Shown piece by piece: positions 12,961-26,580 of a stretch of 64,000 bases of DNA. Position numbers and translations under genes: made by a program. Numbering within the stretch: position 1 is the stretch's first letter; each line of letters starts with the position of its first letter. The notes under the pieces were generated by a model. That model did not search any database, was not told where the DNA came from, and saw only the letters and a program-made list of their open reading frames with translations. Origin of the DNA: Tubiluchus corallicola (lineage: Eukaryota; Animalia; Priapulida); NCBI GenBank assembly GCA_030141605.1, contig JAQGDQ010000784.1, forward strand, positions 31,989-95,988, written 5' to 3'.

Positions 12961-15373
12961 GTTTTTTAGCTGATGCTGTTGCTTGTTGTTAATGACAAAA
13001 TGCCACGAGAATACGTGACAACACGTAGATTGTCAAACTTTCTATTGAACAAGCGAGCAGGTTGTAAGATGCTATTTTATTCAGACAAGCTCTGCTGGCA
13101 AAGTGAATTCATCCACCATAATGAACGAGTCATCGCGAATAACTTGATTACTTCCCGCCAAGGTCGCGTAAGCCGTTTGTTTACAGCATCAGCTATTGTC
13201 TGATTGACTTTGATAGAAAATGACGACTCTGGCTGTGACAGTGTCATGATTCACCAACACCTATGTCTCAAATGCGTACATCTCTGGAGCGAGTGAGTCA
13301 TTGTCCACTGTTGACCAACGGTCAGCCTCCTCATGTTTCACGAGCAGACGTGAAATCATCGATTTTGCCTTCAGAATTCAGATGGCGGCTTGAAGAAAGC
13401 TGGAAAGTAACGCTGAACACATTCCCTGCATAGTTTAACCCACTCAGGTCCAATCAGGGGAACAATGGAGACTCAATAATGCAGCATACCTGAACAGACA
13501 CCTGTGCACTGTTACCTGTGCTGCTGATGAAGAGATCAGTAATGTTTCTCTTCACAAAGAAAATAATCAGTTATTTCATTATCATTTGCGACGTTGTAAC
13601 GCTGTCGTCGTTATCGTCGCCGCTACCACCATCATCATAAGCAGCAGCAACAGTCTCGCTTCTGCGTGAACATTCTGTGCCAGTTAGTAGTAATTAGTAG
13701 TTTAATAGTTAGTAGTTTCTTAACATTAGTCCAGCAAACACTTCACAACAAAATAATAATAATAACAATAAATATTCACTCTATATATATCAATAAGTTT
13801 ATACTATGCAATAGTATTCCAGCAAGATTGTCATAGGAAAAAATTATGTATATCTCTAATTATTTTGCACATGTTTCCATAAGGTTTTTATTAACTAACA
13901 CTGATTGATCATCTCTGTAAAGTTTTTATCACTGATTATCAATGTATTTTAATGCCGCATAAAGATATATATATACATATCTTTATACAAAGATAATTTA
14001 ATCCAAAAAAAGTTTCTTAGCATTACGTTTGAACGACATAACTTACTTAGCATTACGCATTACGTTTGAACGACTTATATGATTGGAAAAGAAAATTCTT
14101 AACTTATATATATATAAGTTATATATATTAATTCCTTATTTGTCATTAAAATGGTTTACTCTTTATAATAAAATTGAGTAAGCCTCAGCGCAATGTTAAA
14201 ATAACAACACTGTTCAAGACAAATGCGTCCAATGCAGAGAAAAAAACTAAAGTGCAAAACTAAGGTCTAATTATATACAATAAATGAACATATTTACAAA
14301 CACAATATTAAAATATTTTTACAAAACAATATTACAAAAGTACATTAAATTTTACATGACATATTTTACACTATATATACATGTAACATGACACAATTAA
14401 CAGAAACATGCTTTACATTACATAAATTTCATTCATTACAAAATCTTAAAACTTACCCACCTGGGAAAACACATAATTGCCCTCAGTGACAAGATAAAGC
14501 AACTTATGCTTTCGCTTAGTTAGTGAGGCGGCCGCTAGGACTATTCTTTCATACTTTACGCAATGTCATCCAAATTTGTTTCAAACGTCTTACCGTCGAA
14601 AAGTAAAATTAAACAGAAAGTAAAATTTACTAGTTTTATACGGCGTTACTGTTAACGCAAGCTCTGCATGCAATAAGACAGCATGTAGGTGACACAAAAT
14701 TTCCAACAAAATTTTTCTAGTTTTATATAAGGACAACGTTTTCTTGTGCTTTAATAATAACACTAACAAAGGCCCGGCAAAAAATTTTGCGTATAAATAC
14801 ACTAATAATCAATAATGCGCGAACATTCTACCTAGTGTTTGTTTGTTTATCTAACGCAAAGCCAGCAGCTGGTGCAGCTTTTACTGAATAATAACATGAA
14901 ATATTTGAAATAACATAAAATAATAATATTTGTCTATAAAAATAACTGTACATGAAGTCTATTACATGTATATATTTTTTGGTTTTTGTGTAGTATTTGA
15001 CATGTATATTATAATATTATTGTTTTGTGCAACTAAAATTGAATTGAATTGAACTGATTGAAGCTGAAAACGAATACTCGAATAAGTGTCTGCCTTCTTT
15101 GCAGAAAGGCGGTAAGTTTAAAACTCACACAGAAAGTGAAAGGTTAAGCCAGTCGTTAGCACACCTTTACCTGCAGAACAATAGAAACGTTGCTACTGTC
15201 AATAACCAATACCATCAACAAACACATTGCAGATAGGGGAGGATTGTTATCCGATCAACTGTGAGGGCGCACGCATGTCAGGGGTGCTACTTTTTGGGAT
15301 TAAAACTTTCTGCGTTTTTATAATTGAAAGTAAATAACTTAAATCACGCTAAAAGAGCATTAATATTCACATC

Positions 15374-15509
<136 letters not shown>

Positions 15510-15551
15510 TAAAATTGTCTATAAATATTATGAATTGTGTTATTACGTATA

Positions 15552-16110
15552 TAATGGGTGATATAAAATTCACACGGTGTAAAATACTATTACTCTGACG
15601 GCGGAATTTTTTACGGGAAAAATCCCAAATTGTGGTTTTGTGATCACCAGACCATAATGTGTAGTATGGGTGATATAAAAATCACACGTTCTAAAATACT
15701 ATAACTGTGACAGTGGAATTTTTTACGGGGAAAATCCCAAATTGTGGTTTTGTGATCACCAGACCATAATGTGTAATATGGGTGATATAAAAATCACACG
15801 GTGTAAAATACTATTACTGTGATAGTGGAATTTTTTACGGGGAAAATCCCAAATTGTGGTTTTGTGATCACCAGACCATAATGTGTAGTATGGGTGATAT
15901 AAAAATCACACGTTCTGAAATACTATAACTGTGATAGTGGAATTTTTTACGGGGAAAATCCCAAATTGTGGTTTTGTGATCACAAGACCATAATGTGTAA
16001 TATGGGTGATATAAAAATCACACGGTGTAAAATACTATTACTGTGATAGTGGAATTTTTTACGGGGAAAATCCCAAATTGTGGTTTTGTGATCACCAGAC
16101 CGTAATGTGT
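15552..16110. repeat. 112-bp tandem repeat, 5 copies, each with an NF-kB consensus site
   Basis: GGGGAAAATCCC at 15727, 15839, 15951 and 16063, plus GGGAAAAATCCC at 15615; spacing is exactly 112 bp. Confidence 0.92.
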
Positions 16111-16513
16111 CGAGCGACGGTTACTTTAAATTGTACAATTACACGTTTTGGAAACCTCGACCTAGATAAACTATCTTTGCTAGATACACTAGTGACCACA
16201 GTGAGCGATTATAAGAGTAATTTAGAGTAAAAATGATGCCTGTGAATGTGCCATGACCTGCCTCGTAGTCGCTTTGCAGATTCTGCCCTTTTTACAGCCA
16301 CATAATAATAATTCTCAGACAGAAAATTGCCGTGTAATGAAATATTGTATCAGATAAACTAAATAATGACAGACTGGTACGATTCTCATATATGAGCTTC
16401 ATTCATTACAGCATTCCTTTTTAAGCACTAAATGTTTTCTTCATCACACGATTCACTTTAAATTTTCAGATTATTTTCATTACTTTTTTTTCTTTCACGG
16501 TGTGGGACAATGT

Positions 16514-16900
16514 AACAAGCCCTGCTTTTTGATTGCCCGCAACACATTTACCTTCGTGTATGAGTGAACAGTGTTTGAGGCTTTTTCTGTGCAGTATTTC
16601 TTATTTGTATTATGTTCATTGTAGGCAACGACAATCTAACAATTATTGACAATCTAACAAACCCTGCTTTTTGATTGCCCGCAACACATTTACCTTCGTA
16701 TATAAGTGAACAGTGTTTGAGGCTTTTCCTGTGCAGTATTTCTTATTTGTATTACGGTCATTGTAGGCAATGACAATCTAACAATTATTGACAACCTAAC
16801 AAGCCCAACACATTTACATTTCTATATAGGTAAACAGTGTTTTGAGGCTTTTCTTGTGCAGAAACAATAAAAACTTATTTGTATTATGTTCATTGTAGGC
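16514..16900. repeat. Tandem duplication of about 145 bp, about 3 degenerate copies
   Basis: Recurring CAACACATTTAC, AACAGTGTTT(T)GAGGCTTTT and CTTATTTGTATTA...TCATTGTAGGC blocks. Confidence 0.75.
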
Positions 16901-17321
16901 CCTTTCACTAGATATTGTACATGAAACTATTTTAAATGTGTAATGTGAAATAAACGACTAATGACTTACTGTAGGTACGCAGTTCTAACTGTTTATTCAC
17001 CAAAGTGCAAACGATTTCGGTCAAAATGCCGTCATTAGAAACTAATTTTTCAACTCAGAAGAATTTTTTAAGTAATTTAAAAATAACTTCCAAAAATTTG
17101 GGCCAACTTGCTAAAACGTCGCTTAGTCAGTTTTCCACATGACTGTGCATGCGAACACAAACCGACGCATGGATCCGCCACCTGTTGGTATGTGGTTCAA
17201 TCTTGAGGATTGTAAGAATGTTTTCCCTAAAGGCCTGAATCTTTCCGGTGACCGTTAGAACACGTTGAGACTTGTTTCTTCAAGAATTTACGATCACAAG
17301 AAATTTTAGCATCGTCTAAAT

Positions 17322-17804
17322 CAGGGGTGTGCAAATTATCTGAGTAGCCGGGCCACATTAAACTTTCCCGCAATTCCTGCAGGCCACAGGCAGTTTGATC
17401 AAGGAGCCAAGTACAGAAAGGCCTAATAACGATTTTTTTGCATCCGACTTGCGTACATCATTACTACTACTCTCAAGAAACTATTTCAGAAGTTATTAAA
17501 ATTTATATTACAAACCATATATTTCTACTTTCGGGACAGATAGTGGTAATTTCATTACAATGCATACTAGTAATGTGTATCACACAGTCTGTGTAGTACA
17601 GTGACAGTAAGCTACAACCGTCTTGTAAGGGTTAATGGCATCCGATCTAGTAGAAAAAAACTACCCGCACTATCTTTAGGATCGTGGCACGGACTTCAGC
17701 TGGATACACTCAATTAATCGCCCGGGCCGCACTTTCATTAGGTTGATAAATCTCTTCGCAGGCCACACAAATTCTCTTGGCGGGCCGCAATTTGCACACC
17801 CCGG
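17322..17804 (+). mobile_element. hAT-type MITE, family H copy 1
   Basis: TIR CAGGGGTGTGCAAATT...AATTTGCACACCCCGG; perfect 8-bp TSD GTCTAAAT (17314-17321 and 17805-17812). Confidence 0.9.
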
Positions 17805-17924
17805 GTCTAAATAGTCTTTACAAATTTCATTCTAGCTAGAGGACCTTTATCAAAATAATTAAATAAATTAAAATAATTAGAAGTTAAGGATAAGATAAAG
17901 AATTTATCTGGAACCGCGGCTCAT

Positions 17925-18082
17925 AGTAATAATAATAATAATAACAATAATAATAATAATAAGAAGAAGAAGAAGAAGAAGAAGAATATAATCATAATAC
18001 TAATAATAATATTAATAATAATAATAATAATAATAATAACAACAACAACAACAACAACAACAACAGCAACAACAACAACAAC

Positions 18083-18110
<28 letters not shown>
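17925..18110. repeat. Compound (AAT/AAG/AAC)n microsatellite
   Basis: Direct reading. Confidence 0.9.
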
Positions 18111-18113
<3 letters not shown>

Positions 18114-18550
18114 TTATTTGGAAGTGTAAATACAAATACAATATGAAGAAACACTGGGAAAAAATGGATATTAATAATAATGATTATATGACAGCCTGCA
18201 TATAATAAATGGCAAGAACCAGAAGTAAAACTTGTTAGGTGCTTGCACCATTATAAACACGTCCAAATAATGAGAAACAAGAACAAAAAAAATCAAAAGG
18301 GTTTTTAGGCAATTTAAAAAAAAAGACTTGTGCAAAGTAAGGATAGAAGTGATGGATAAAAGAATGTTTAAAACGGTAGGAAGAGTGGCTTGTGGAGATT
18401 GGGCTCATGAGATGACGCAGCACTCTGGATTCTACTCAAAAAGAAGAAAAAAGCAGTAACAAGTAAGACAGAGAAAAAAGAGTTATTAATATTCACAGCA
18501 AGTCAAGAAAGTGCAAATGCTTAAATTTAATTTAATTAAGTTTAGCTCGA

Positions 18551-19110
18551 AAAGTAATAGTTTCAATTTAAGATATCCGCTGCGTTATCTAAAGTAATAG
18601 TTTCAATTTAAGATATCCGCTGCGTTATCTAAAGTAATAGTTTCAATTTAAGATATCCGCTGTGTTATCTAAAGTAATAGTTTCAATTTAAGATATCCGC
18701 TGCGTTATCTAAAGTAATAGTTTCAATTTAAGATATCCGCTGCGTTATCTAAAGTAATAGTTTCAATTTAAGATATCCGCTGCGTTATCTAAAGTAATAG
18801 TTTCAATTTAAGATATCCGCTGTGTTATCTAAAGTAATAGTTTCAATTTAAGATATCCGCTGTGTTATCTAAAGTAATAGTTTCAATTTAAGATATCCGC
18901 TGCGTTATCTAAAGTAATAGTTTCAATTTAAGATATCCGCTGTGTTATCTAAAGTAATAGTTTCAATTTAAGATATCCGCTGTGTTATCTAAAGTAATAG
19001 TTTCAATTTAAGATATCCGCTGTGTTATCTAAAGTAATAGTTTCAATTTAAGATACCGCTGTGTTATCTAAAGTAATAGTTTCAATTTAAGATATCCGCT
19101 GTGTTATCTA
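18551..19110. repeat. 40-bp minisatellite, 14 near-identical copies
   Basis: Unit AAAGTAATAGTTTCAATTTAAGATATCCGCTG(C/T)GTTATCT, head-to-tail with no spacers. Confidence 0.95.
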
Positions 19111-19594
19111 AAAGTTCTGGTTGTAAATGATGTTTCATAACTTCTGCTTACGTTCGCCTAATACGCCCATTTTGTGATATCTATCGCTAATCGGTTAATC
19201 TTGTGATTTGCAAACATCAACAGCGCAATAATTTCATTATTATGCTAATTAGCTCTCGTGACGTACGTCACTCCGTTTCATCAAAATCATTTCCACCACT
19301 GGTCAGCCTACTGTGTTACAGTCTCAGCGAATGACGTCTAATTTTAGCGCATTGCATCACATTCTCACACGTCGCGTCACAATGCATGAGAACTCTCGGT
19401 TAACCGCAGCGCCACCTGGGATTGGCCGACGGAGGTTTCTAAACTTCTTGCGAAACACGCAGCGGCAAAATTATGAATGAAGCGTTGAACTATGCCCATT
19501 GCGGGGCGCTCACTCTAGCGTATTGGCGCGCTTGATGAAGAGCATGTGTGGTGGTTTGTGTACCCGGAATTGTGGAACATCCACAATCTCATTA

Positions 19595-19682
19595 TGACGT
19601 CATCACGGGGGGGAACTTTCTTGTGAGAAACTGAAAAACGCCGCGGTATATAAGAGGAGGTTTGAGGAAAGGTAAGTCAGTC
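19595..19682 (+). promoter_or_regulatory. Core and proximal promoter of the cytokine-like gene: CRE, kB-like site, IRF-E, TATA, Inr
   Basis: TGACGTCA 19595-19602, GGGAACTTTC 19611-19620, GAAACTGAAA 19627-19636, TATATAAG 19647-19654 and TCAGTC 19677-19682 (Inr A lies 32 bp from the TATA start). Confidence 0.75.
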
Positions 19683-19891
19683 GTGATATAGGTATTACTA
19701 AATGAACAGTTGAAAATCAGAAATACATACAGAGTGAGGAGGTTACATTGCGCACGTGTTTCAATTCTACAACTGTTTCTCACGCACTCGATGCTTCAAG
19801 AACTTTGGATAAAAATCATTTCACGTAGTTGAATTTGTGCACTGGGAGTGTTGGCAACTTACTAACTCATCCACTGTTGTTTTATTATACA

Positions 19892-19943
19892 ATGGAATAT
19901 TCACATAAGTGTATCAGGCGATTTGCAAAGGATTTAGTTCACG
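19892..19943 (+). CDS. Upd/IL-6-like helical cytokine, coding exon 1 (MEYSHKCIRRFAKDLVH, phase-1 donor)
   Basis: ACAATGG Kozak context about 210 nt after the Inr; CACG|GTAAGA donor; its phase joins exon 2 exactly (G+AA = Glu). Confidence 0.65.
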
Positions 19944-20559
19944 GTAAGAAAATTTCGAAAGTAACATGCACTTTTTGGAGGCTGCAAAATTGATAAATTT
20001 TTGATGTAATTTGTTGCATAAATTTCCAGAAGTTAGCGTTCAGCGCGTGACATAGTTTATTAGACAGATTGAACGAGAGCGCAAACATCCAATGATGGGC
20101 ATCGCTTCTAATTTACACGCACACTGCAAATCAGCTGATCAGAAGGGTGCGCCATCTATAAAGCACTAAAAGCTTCTCAAAAACTAAAAATTGGTTCTTT
20201 TAAAAGTGAAAATATCAAAGGTTTCTTGTCTTGGCTTCTAATTTCTGGTTGTTTTCATTTTTAATGCAAAGCAAACGAACGTTGAGCGACAACCTCTTGT
20301 TTAGTTTTGCCCCTTTTATGGCTTCATGTTCAGCAAGAGCTGCAATGCTGAACGACGGGTTTCATTGCATAACCTTCAACTAGGAACGATCGTTTCAGCT
20401 TTGTTAAGTGCATTCGGTTGCAGATTTTGTGCTGAGCAAATCAGCTGTGTTTTTGCTTGAAATTCAGAGATTTTACACTGGAATTTTAGAGCAAAGTTTT
20501 TGGTCGTGAAATCTTGTTTGTTGCATAATTAGAGCTATATGATAGCTAGGTATGTATGT

Positions 20560-21103
20560 AGATGTTAGATTTTATAAGTCTTGTAGCATCATCCATACCT
20601 GATTTTCGTTTTAAAATTGGATACATACACGAAAATGCCTGTATATGCTCAGAGGAAGCACAAACAGTTGAACATTTGCTTTTTAATTGTACTTTGGTCG
20701 ACGAAAATAAAAGATTAGCGCTCGCAAATAGCCTACAATTTCAAAACATTAGTAAAATTTATACCTCTCGAGACAAAAACCTGCTAGTTGCTTTCTCTGA
20801 GTTTGTGATTCGTTTTTACAAACCTTAGTATAAAATATTGAACTTTTATATTATATCTGTCACTTTTATATTATACAGGTCGCTTTGTGTAAATTTGTGT
20901 AAATTGGTACTATTTGATTTTAGTTCTTCTTTTATTGGTATATTGATTTGTTGGTATTTAATAGTCTTGCGAATATAACAGCTATTTTATTTACAAAGTT
21001 TTTTTAACCATACCCTGCAAATAGAGGGTCCCTGTATGTATTTTATGTAAATATTTTAATACGTGTATAATTTTAAATAAAGAATTATAATAATAATAAT
21101 AAT
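20560..21103 (+). mobile_element. LINE 3' fragment with UTR and (TAA)n tail, in intron 1
   Basis: CICSEEAQTVEHLLFNC zinc knuckle; AATAAA followed by (TAA)n at about 21077-21103. Confidence 0.7.
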
Positions 21104-21439
21104 CCATAACTGTGCGGAGGTAACGGTAATGCATGTAATAAGGAATTTTAAAAAGAGATAGCTGTAAAAGCTATACATTTACATACTTGACTTTAAATGA
21201 AAAACTAAGTCTATACGATTTTTTACATACGTGTACACATTTAAGAGTTATAATTATTAACTATTATATTAGTTTTAGTAGCTAGTATATAACTATAATA
21301 TAATATAATCTGTATAATATAATTATCCGTCATATTACCTGTATTTCTGCATCAAAATTTTTGATTATCGTTAATTCAGCTGAAACTGCGTTAGCTTTGA
21401 AACACTTTTATACTTTGAAACACTTTTATACTTTGAAAG

Positions 21440-21752
21440 AGATATAATACCCAGTGAAAGTTTTTTCAATAATATTCTTTCAATTGCTGGTCTCGAATTG
21501 ATGTAAGGAGGTTTATAACTTTGCTAAAAAATGCCGTTTAAGATGGATTGGGCATATGCTTAGACTACCTGATGATTTTCCAGTGAAGATAGCTCTTCAA
21601 CAAGCCATAGAACCAGCCAAAAACCTGCAGGAGGACAAATGTTAACATATTTAGATTTTGCACAGAAAGATTTAAACACTTCAGCATTGAACCTTAGAGA
21701 TAAATTCGCTAGGGAGGTGAACAGAATCATGTCACTGGACGTGTGATTCATG

Positions 21753-21806
<54 letters not shown>

Positions 21807-21874
21807 CGAACTGGCATAGGGAGGTGAACAGAATCATGTCCCTGGACGTATGATTTATGGGATGATGTTGTTGT

Positions 21875-21942
<68 letters not shown>

Positions 21943-22085
21943 TGGCATAGGGAGGTGAGCAGAATCATGTCCCTGGACGTATGATTCATGGGATGATGTG
22001 GATGATGATGATGATGATGATGATCTGGCATAGTGAGGTGAACAGAATCATGTCCCCGGACGTGTGATTCATTGGCTGATGATGA
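21440..22085 (+). mobile_element. RTE-clade LINE 3' end with (GAT)n tail; terminal 50 bp plus tail tandemly repeated 4 times
   Basis: RLRWIGHMLRLPDDFPVKIAL at about 21535 fits the RTE C-terminal RLRWxGHxxR motif; the unit GAGGTGA(A/G)CAGAATCATGTC..GGACGT.TGATT.AT recurs between (GAT)n runs. Confidence 0.7.
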
Positions 22086-22666
22086 ACTTTGCTAGTTTGC
22101 TTCTATAGATTTTTTAACAAAATTGCAAATGTTGTGTAGCTTGTTGCTAAAAGCTTGCCACTACGTCACGACGTGAACGTCAAGAAAAACTAGAAAGTTT
22201 CCGTTTTGATTTTTGCCATTCAGAATCGAGAAACTAATTCATTTTTCCGGGCAATATGTTCAGCATTCACATAAAATGCAATTTGTGTTTACTCAAGAAT
22301 GCTATGTGAATTATATCCAGGAAGTTAACTAGTCTTTGAAAGGGAAACACTAGTTGATAGTTTTAAACAAATCAAGAACGACAAACTTACTTTTCGTTTA
22401 CTCTTTTTTGTTGTTTATCTGTTTGTTTGTTTGTTTGTTTGTTTAGTAAACGACCGCCGAAGCCGCAGCTGCAATTACGAAGTCCTGATTAAAATAAACT
22501 GTTTGTTCACTTTGCATCTGATTTCATGTTACGACACGTTTGTTTGGTATTGCACAATCAGAAAGTGTTTGCAGTATACTTTAGTACACGCATAAGTTTT
22601 ATACTGTAGTTTTATTGTGATTATCTGCATCAAAGAGGCTCACGTTGCTTCAACTTTGTTTTACAG

Positions 22667-22956
22667 AATGCAGCCGATTTCGATACTGGGTGCTGACATT
22701 TTGCTTGCTGACGTCATCAGTTGTAGAGGGCGTTCCTTTGACAACAATGAAACCCACAAATCAGCTAAACGAACTCACGCGATTTCGTAGACTCAGGACT
22801 GAGAGAAGCACCTCTGGTGGTTACAAGTACTGGGAGAGACCGTGTGGACAGGTTATACTGGCGAGGGCAGACGCTTATGACACAAAAAATTTCGTACCTG
22901 CAATCAATGCCGCAATGAGATCAGCGCTCCAAGCGGAGCAAGTGGAAAAGTTACTG
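22667..22956 (+). CDS. Upd/IL-6-like helical cytokine, coding exon 2 (signal peptide, basic propeptide, WERPCG motif, helix A)
   Basis: TTTGTTTTACAG acceptor and CTG|GTGAGT donor; encodes CSRFRYWVLTFCLLTSSVVEG-VPLTT...RFRRLRTERS...YWERPCGQ...SALQAEQVEKLL. Confidence 0.8.
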
Positions 22957-23029
22957 GTGAGTTATTGCGTTCTTTTTAACTTTAATTATCAATGATCACG
23001 ACTCTTATTATCATGTTGAGACTAATTTG

Positions 23030-24223
<1,194 letters not shown>

Positions 24224-25032
24224 CATATTCGCAAGATGGATTTAAATGTTTAACAAGAATTTAAAAATTAACAATTAGCAAACGTCTCACAATTTTCCTA
24301 AAATAAACAGATATCTATGCTCTACTCAAAGTACATTCTGGCAGTGGGTGCAAATAATCTACATTCCGCGCAGTGGGGGTTAAGGAAACACAGGAGAAGG
24401 AGTGCTTTGAATAAACACACATCGGGAGACCCGAATCAGCCGACCAACCGGATCCATTGCTCTTCCGGTTTTTCTGGCTGCTGGTGTGGGAAAGTTGGCA
24501 ATAAGCCATCGTGCTGCTAGAATTTCACGTTCGATACACTCATGCGACAAACTTTTTTCTTCTGGGACAATACAATTTTTTTTATTTAACACTTTTTTCT
24601 CTTTCTTTTTCACCCTCCTCTCTCTCTCTCTCTCCCTCTTTCTTTCTCTCTTCTTTTATTTAACATTTTGTTTAATACATACATTACATACATAATAACA
24701 ACTTCAACAGCTCATTAGTTCCTAAGATTATTAACAACAATTATACGGTTTATGATGCCATTTTCAGTAACGCATTACACATTTAAGCTTGCTGTTAGTT
24801 AGTTATGCCTAAATATGGTTACACCTTTACAGGCGGTACTATTGAAGTGTTTCACATCGCGACACCAGGGCGGGAGATGATGTTGCAAACAATAAAAAAA
24901 TATACATGTAATTTGAAAACCGCGCCCCGGGTCAGTCTAACAGACACCTGTTATCAAATCCTCATTAGATTTGATGTTCCCATCCGGTTAAAATTCCGGT
25001 ATGCAGTCACGAACATCAGAGCTAAAAACCGT

Positions 25033-25067
<35 letters not shown>

Positions 25068-25329
25068 ATCTTTATTTGCCAATAAAAACATTAATAATCA
25101 CTGATAAAAACTTTACAGAGATAATCAATCAGTGTTAGTTAATAAAAACTTACACTGCTGAAGGCAAATGCGTCAGTGCAATCTAAACTACTGTGAAGTA
25201 ATGGCGAATAAAATCAAACATATTTACAACTATACACAAAAAAATAATAAAAAAAATGATTTAATTAATATGGCCGTGGGTATATGAATTCTGAATTAGT
25301 GTGTATGTTGTCGTACTGGTGTGATGGTA

Positions 25330-25510
25330 TTTCATATCTGGTTAATATTAGTGATTTTAATTTTGTTTTAAATGCTGATAGGGACTTGATTCGTTTAACC
25401 TGTAATGGTAGAGAATTCCAAAGTAGAATTGCTTGCTTGATTACAGAGTTCGTTCCATAGTGGGTATTTGTCCTAATTTGTTTTAGATTGCTTGTTCTGG
25501 AATTAACGAT
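25330..25510 (-). mobile_element. CR1/L2-group LINE 3' fragment
   Basis: Minus-strand translation includes YGTNSVIKQAILLWNSLPLQVKRIKSLSAFKTKLK (WNxLP...FK..LK motif). Confidence 0.65.
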
Positions 25511-25719
25511 AGGATTTGGAAAAAAGGTAAATCTGTTATTCTGGAATGGTTTGCTGATGTTGTTAATGTACTTTAAGGAAACGATTTACTAAACTTTACA
25601 TCTGAAGTATTAAAATATACAGATTCCCAAGATAAAAAACTTTCGGCCTTATTTTGCTAAATTAATTAGTGTAGATTTGACCCTCGAAGTTAGCTAATGC
25701 ATCTTGTTAAACGTCAGCA

Positions 25720-26580
25720 ATATGACGTAGCATGAAAGACGTGTGTCTGCCGGTAACTGTTCCAACAAGGTTAGATTGACCTAATTTCTTTTGTTGGCCA
25801 GGGCCTAAGATTTAGTAACATGTTGAAGACACGTTAGCCTCCATTGATAACTATTTGCGCGCATAGAAACTTTCCACGATTCTAACACAGAGACAAAAGA
25901 AAGTGAGTCGGTTTACCCTCCGATGACGTAATCGCGTCAACGAGTCACGAATTAACTTCCCCTCTGGCGAAAATTAATAACATGGTGATACCTTATACGG
26001 CTAAATGGAAGGTTTTTCGTGCGCAACGTTGACTTTTCATTTAATTTTACTGCCAGTGTGAGTAAACGGTTCCAATTCGTTAACAAAATAAGAGGCAAAA
26101 CTGTGTCATCTTAAAAGCGGAACTGAAAACGTTAATTTTACAATTTGCGATTACCTTTCACCCGGTTGTAAGCCTACATGTGTCTTCTGCTCACCTGTGA
26201 GCTCATCGACCGACACCTGGTCACGTGTGATAAGTTGAGCATGTGCACGAGGAATTCTTCTCGGATGACTCAGGGGTTTCCCATGCACTTTCGCGCGTTC
26301 AGCACGGGGTACGTCTGTTCTCCATACAATGCGCATACTTGTCTACAAAAACAGGCCAAACGTGGCTATTCTTGAGGTGGATTGCACCATTGTTAGCCGA
26401 GGAAATGAGTAATAGGGAAGGTATCTTCTCGGGGCAAGGTTCTTGTGCAAGGTTCCGCCGTTTTCGGTGTTCTAAAGTAACACAAGGCAGCAGAAGAAAC
26501 ATTGTCTGATCGCATGAGCTACGCATGCGCTCTAAGACTACAATTATGAGCTCACAGACCGTGCCAAGATTGCATCATAC
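25720..26580. promoter_or_regulatory. Candidate intronic enhancer (AP-1, kB, CRE and C/EBP motif cluster)
   Basis: CpG-rich unique island in an AT-rich intron; TGACTCA 26266-26272 abuts GGGGTTTCCC 26273-26282; also ATGACGTAAT at about 25923, CACGTG at about 26222 and TTGCATCA at about 26570. Confidence 0.45.

Noticed and set aside
18551-19110. CRISPR-like array of 40-bp repeats
   Set aside because: Units are head-to-tail with no unique spacers, there are no cas genes, and the context is eukaryotic.
24315-24560. GC-richer stretch in cytokine intron 2 as an extra exon or nested gene
   Set aside because: No recognisable domain or convincing splice pair; exons 2 and 3 already join in phase.
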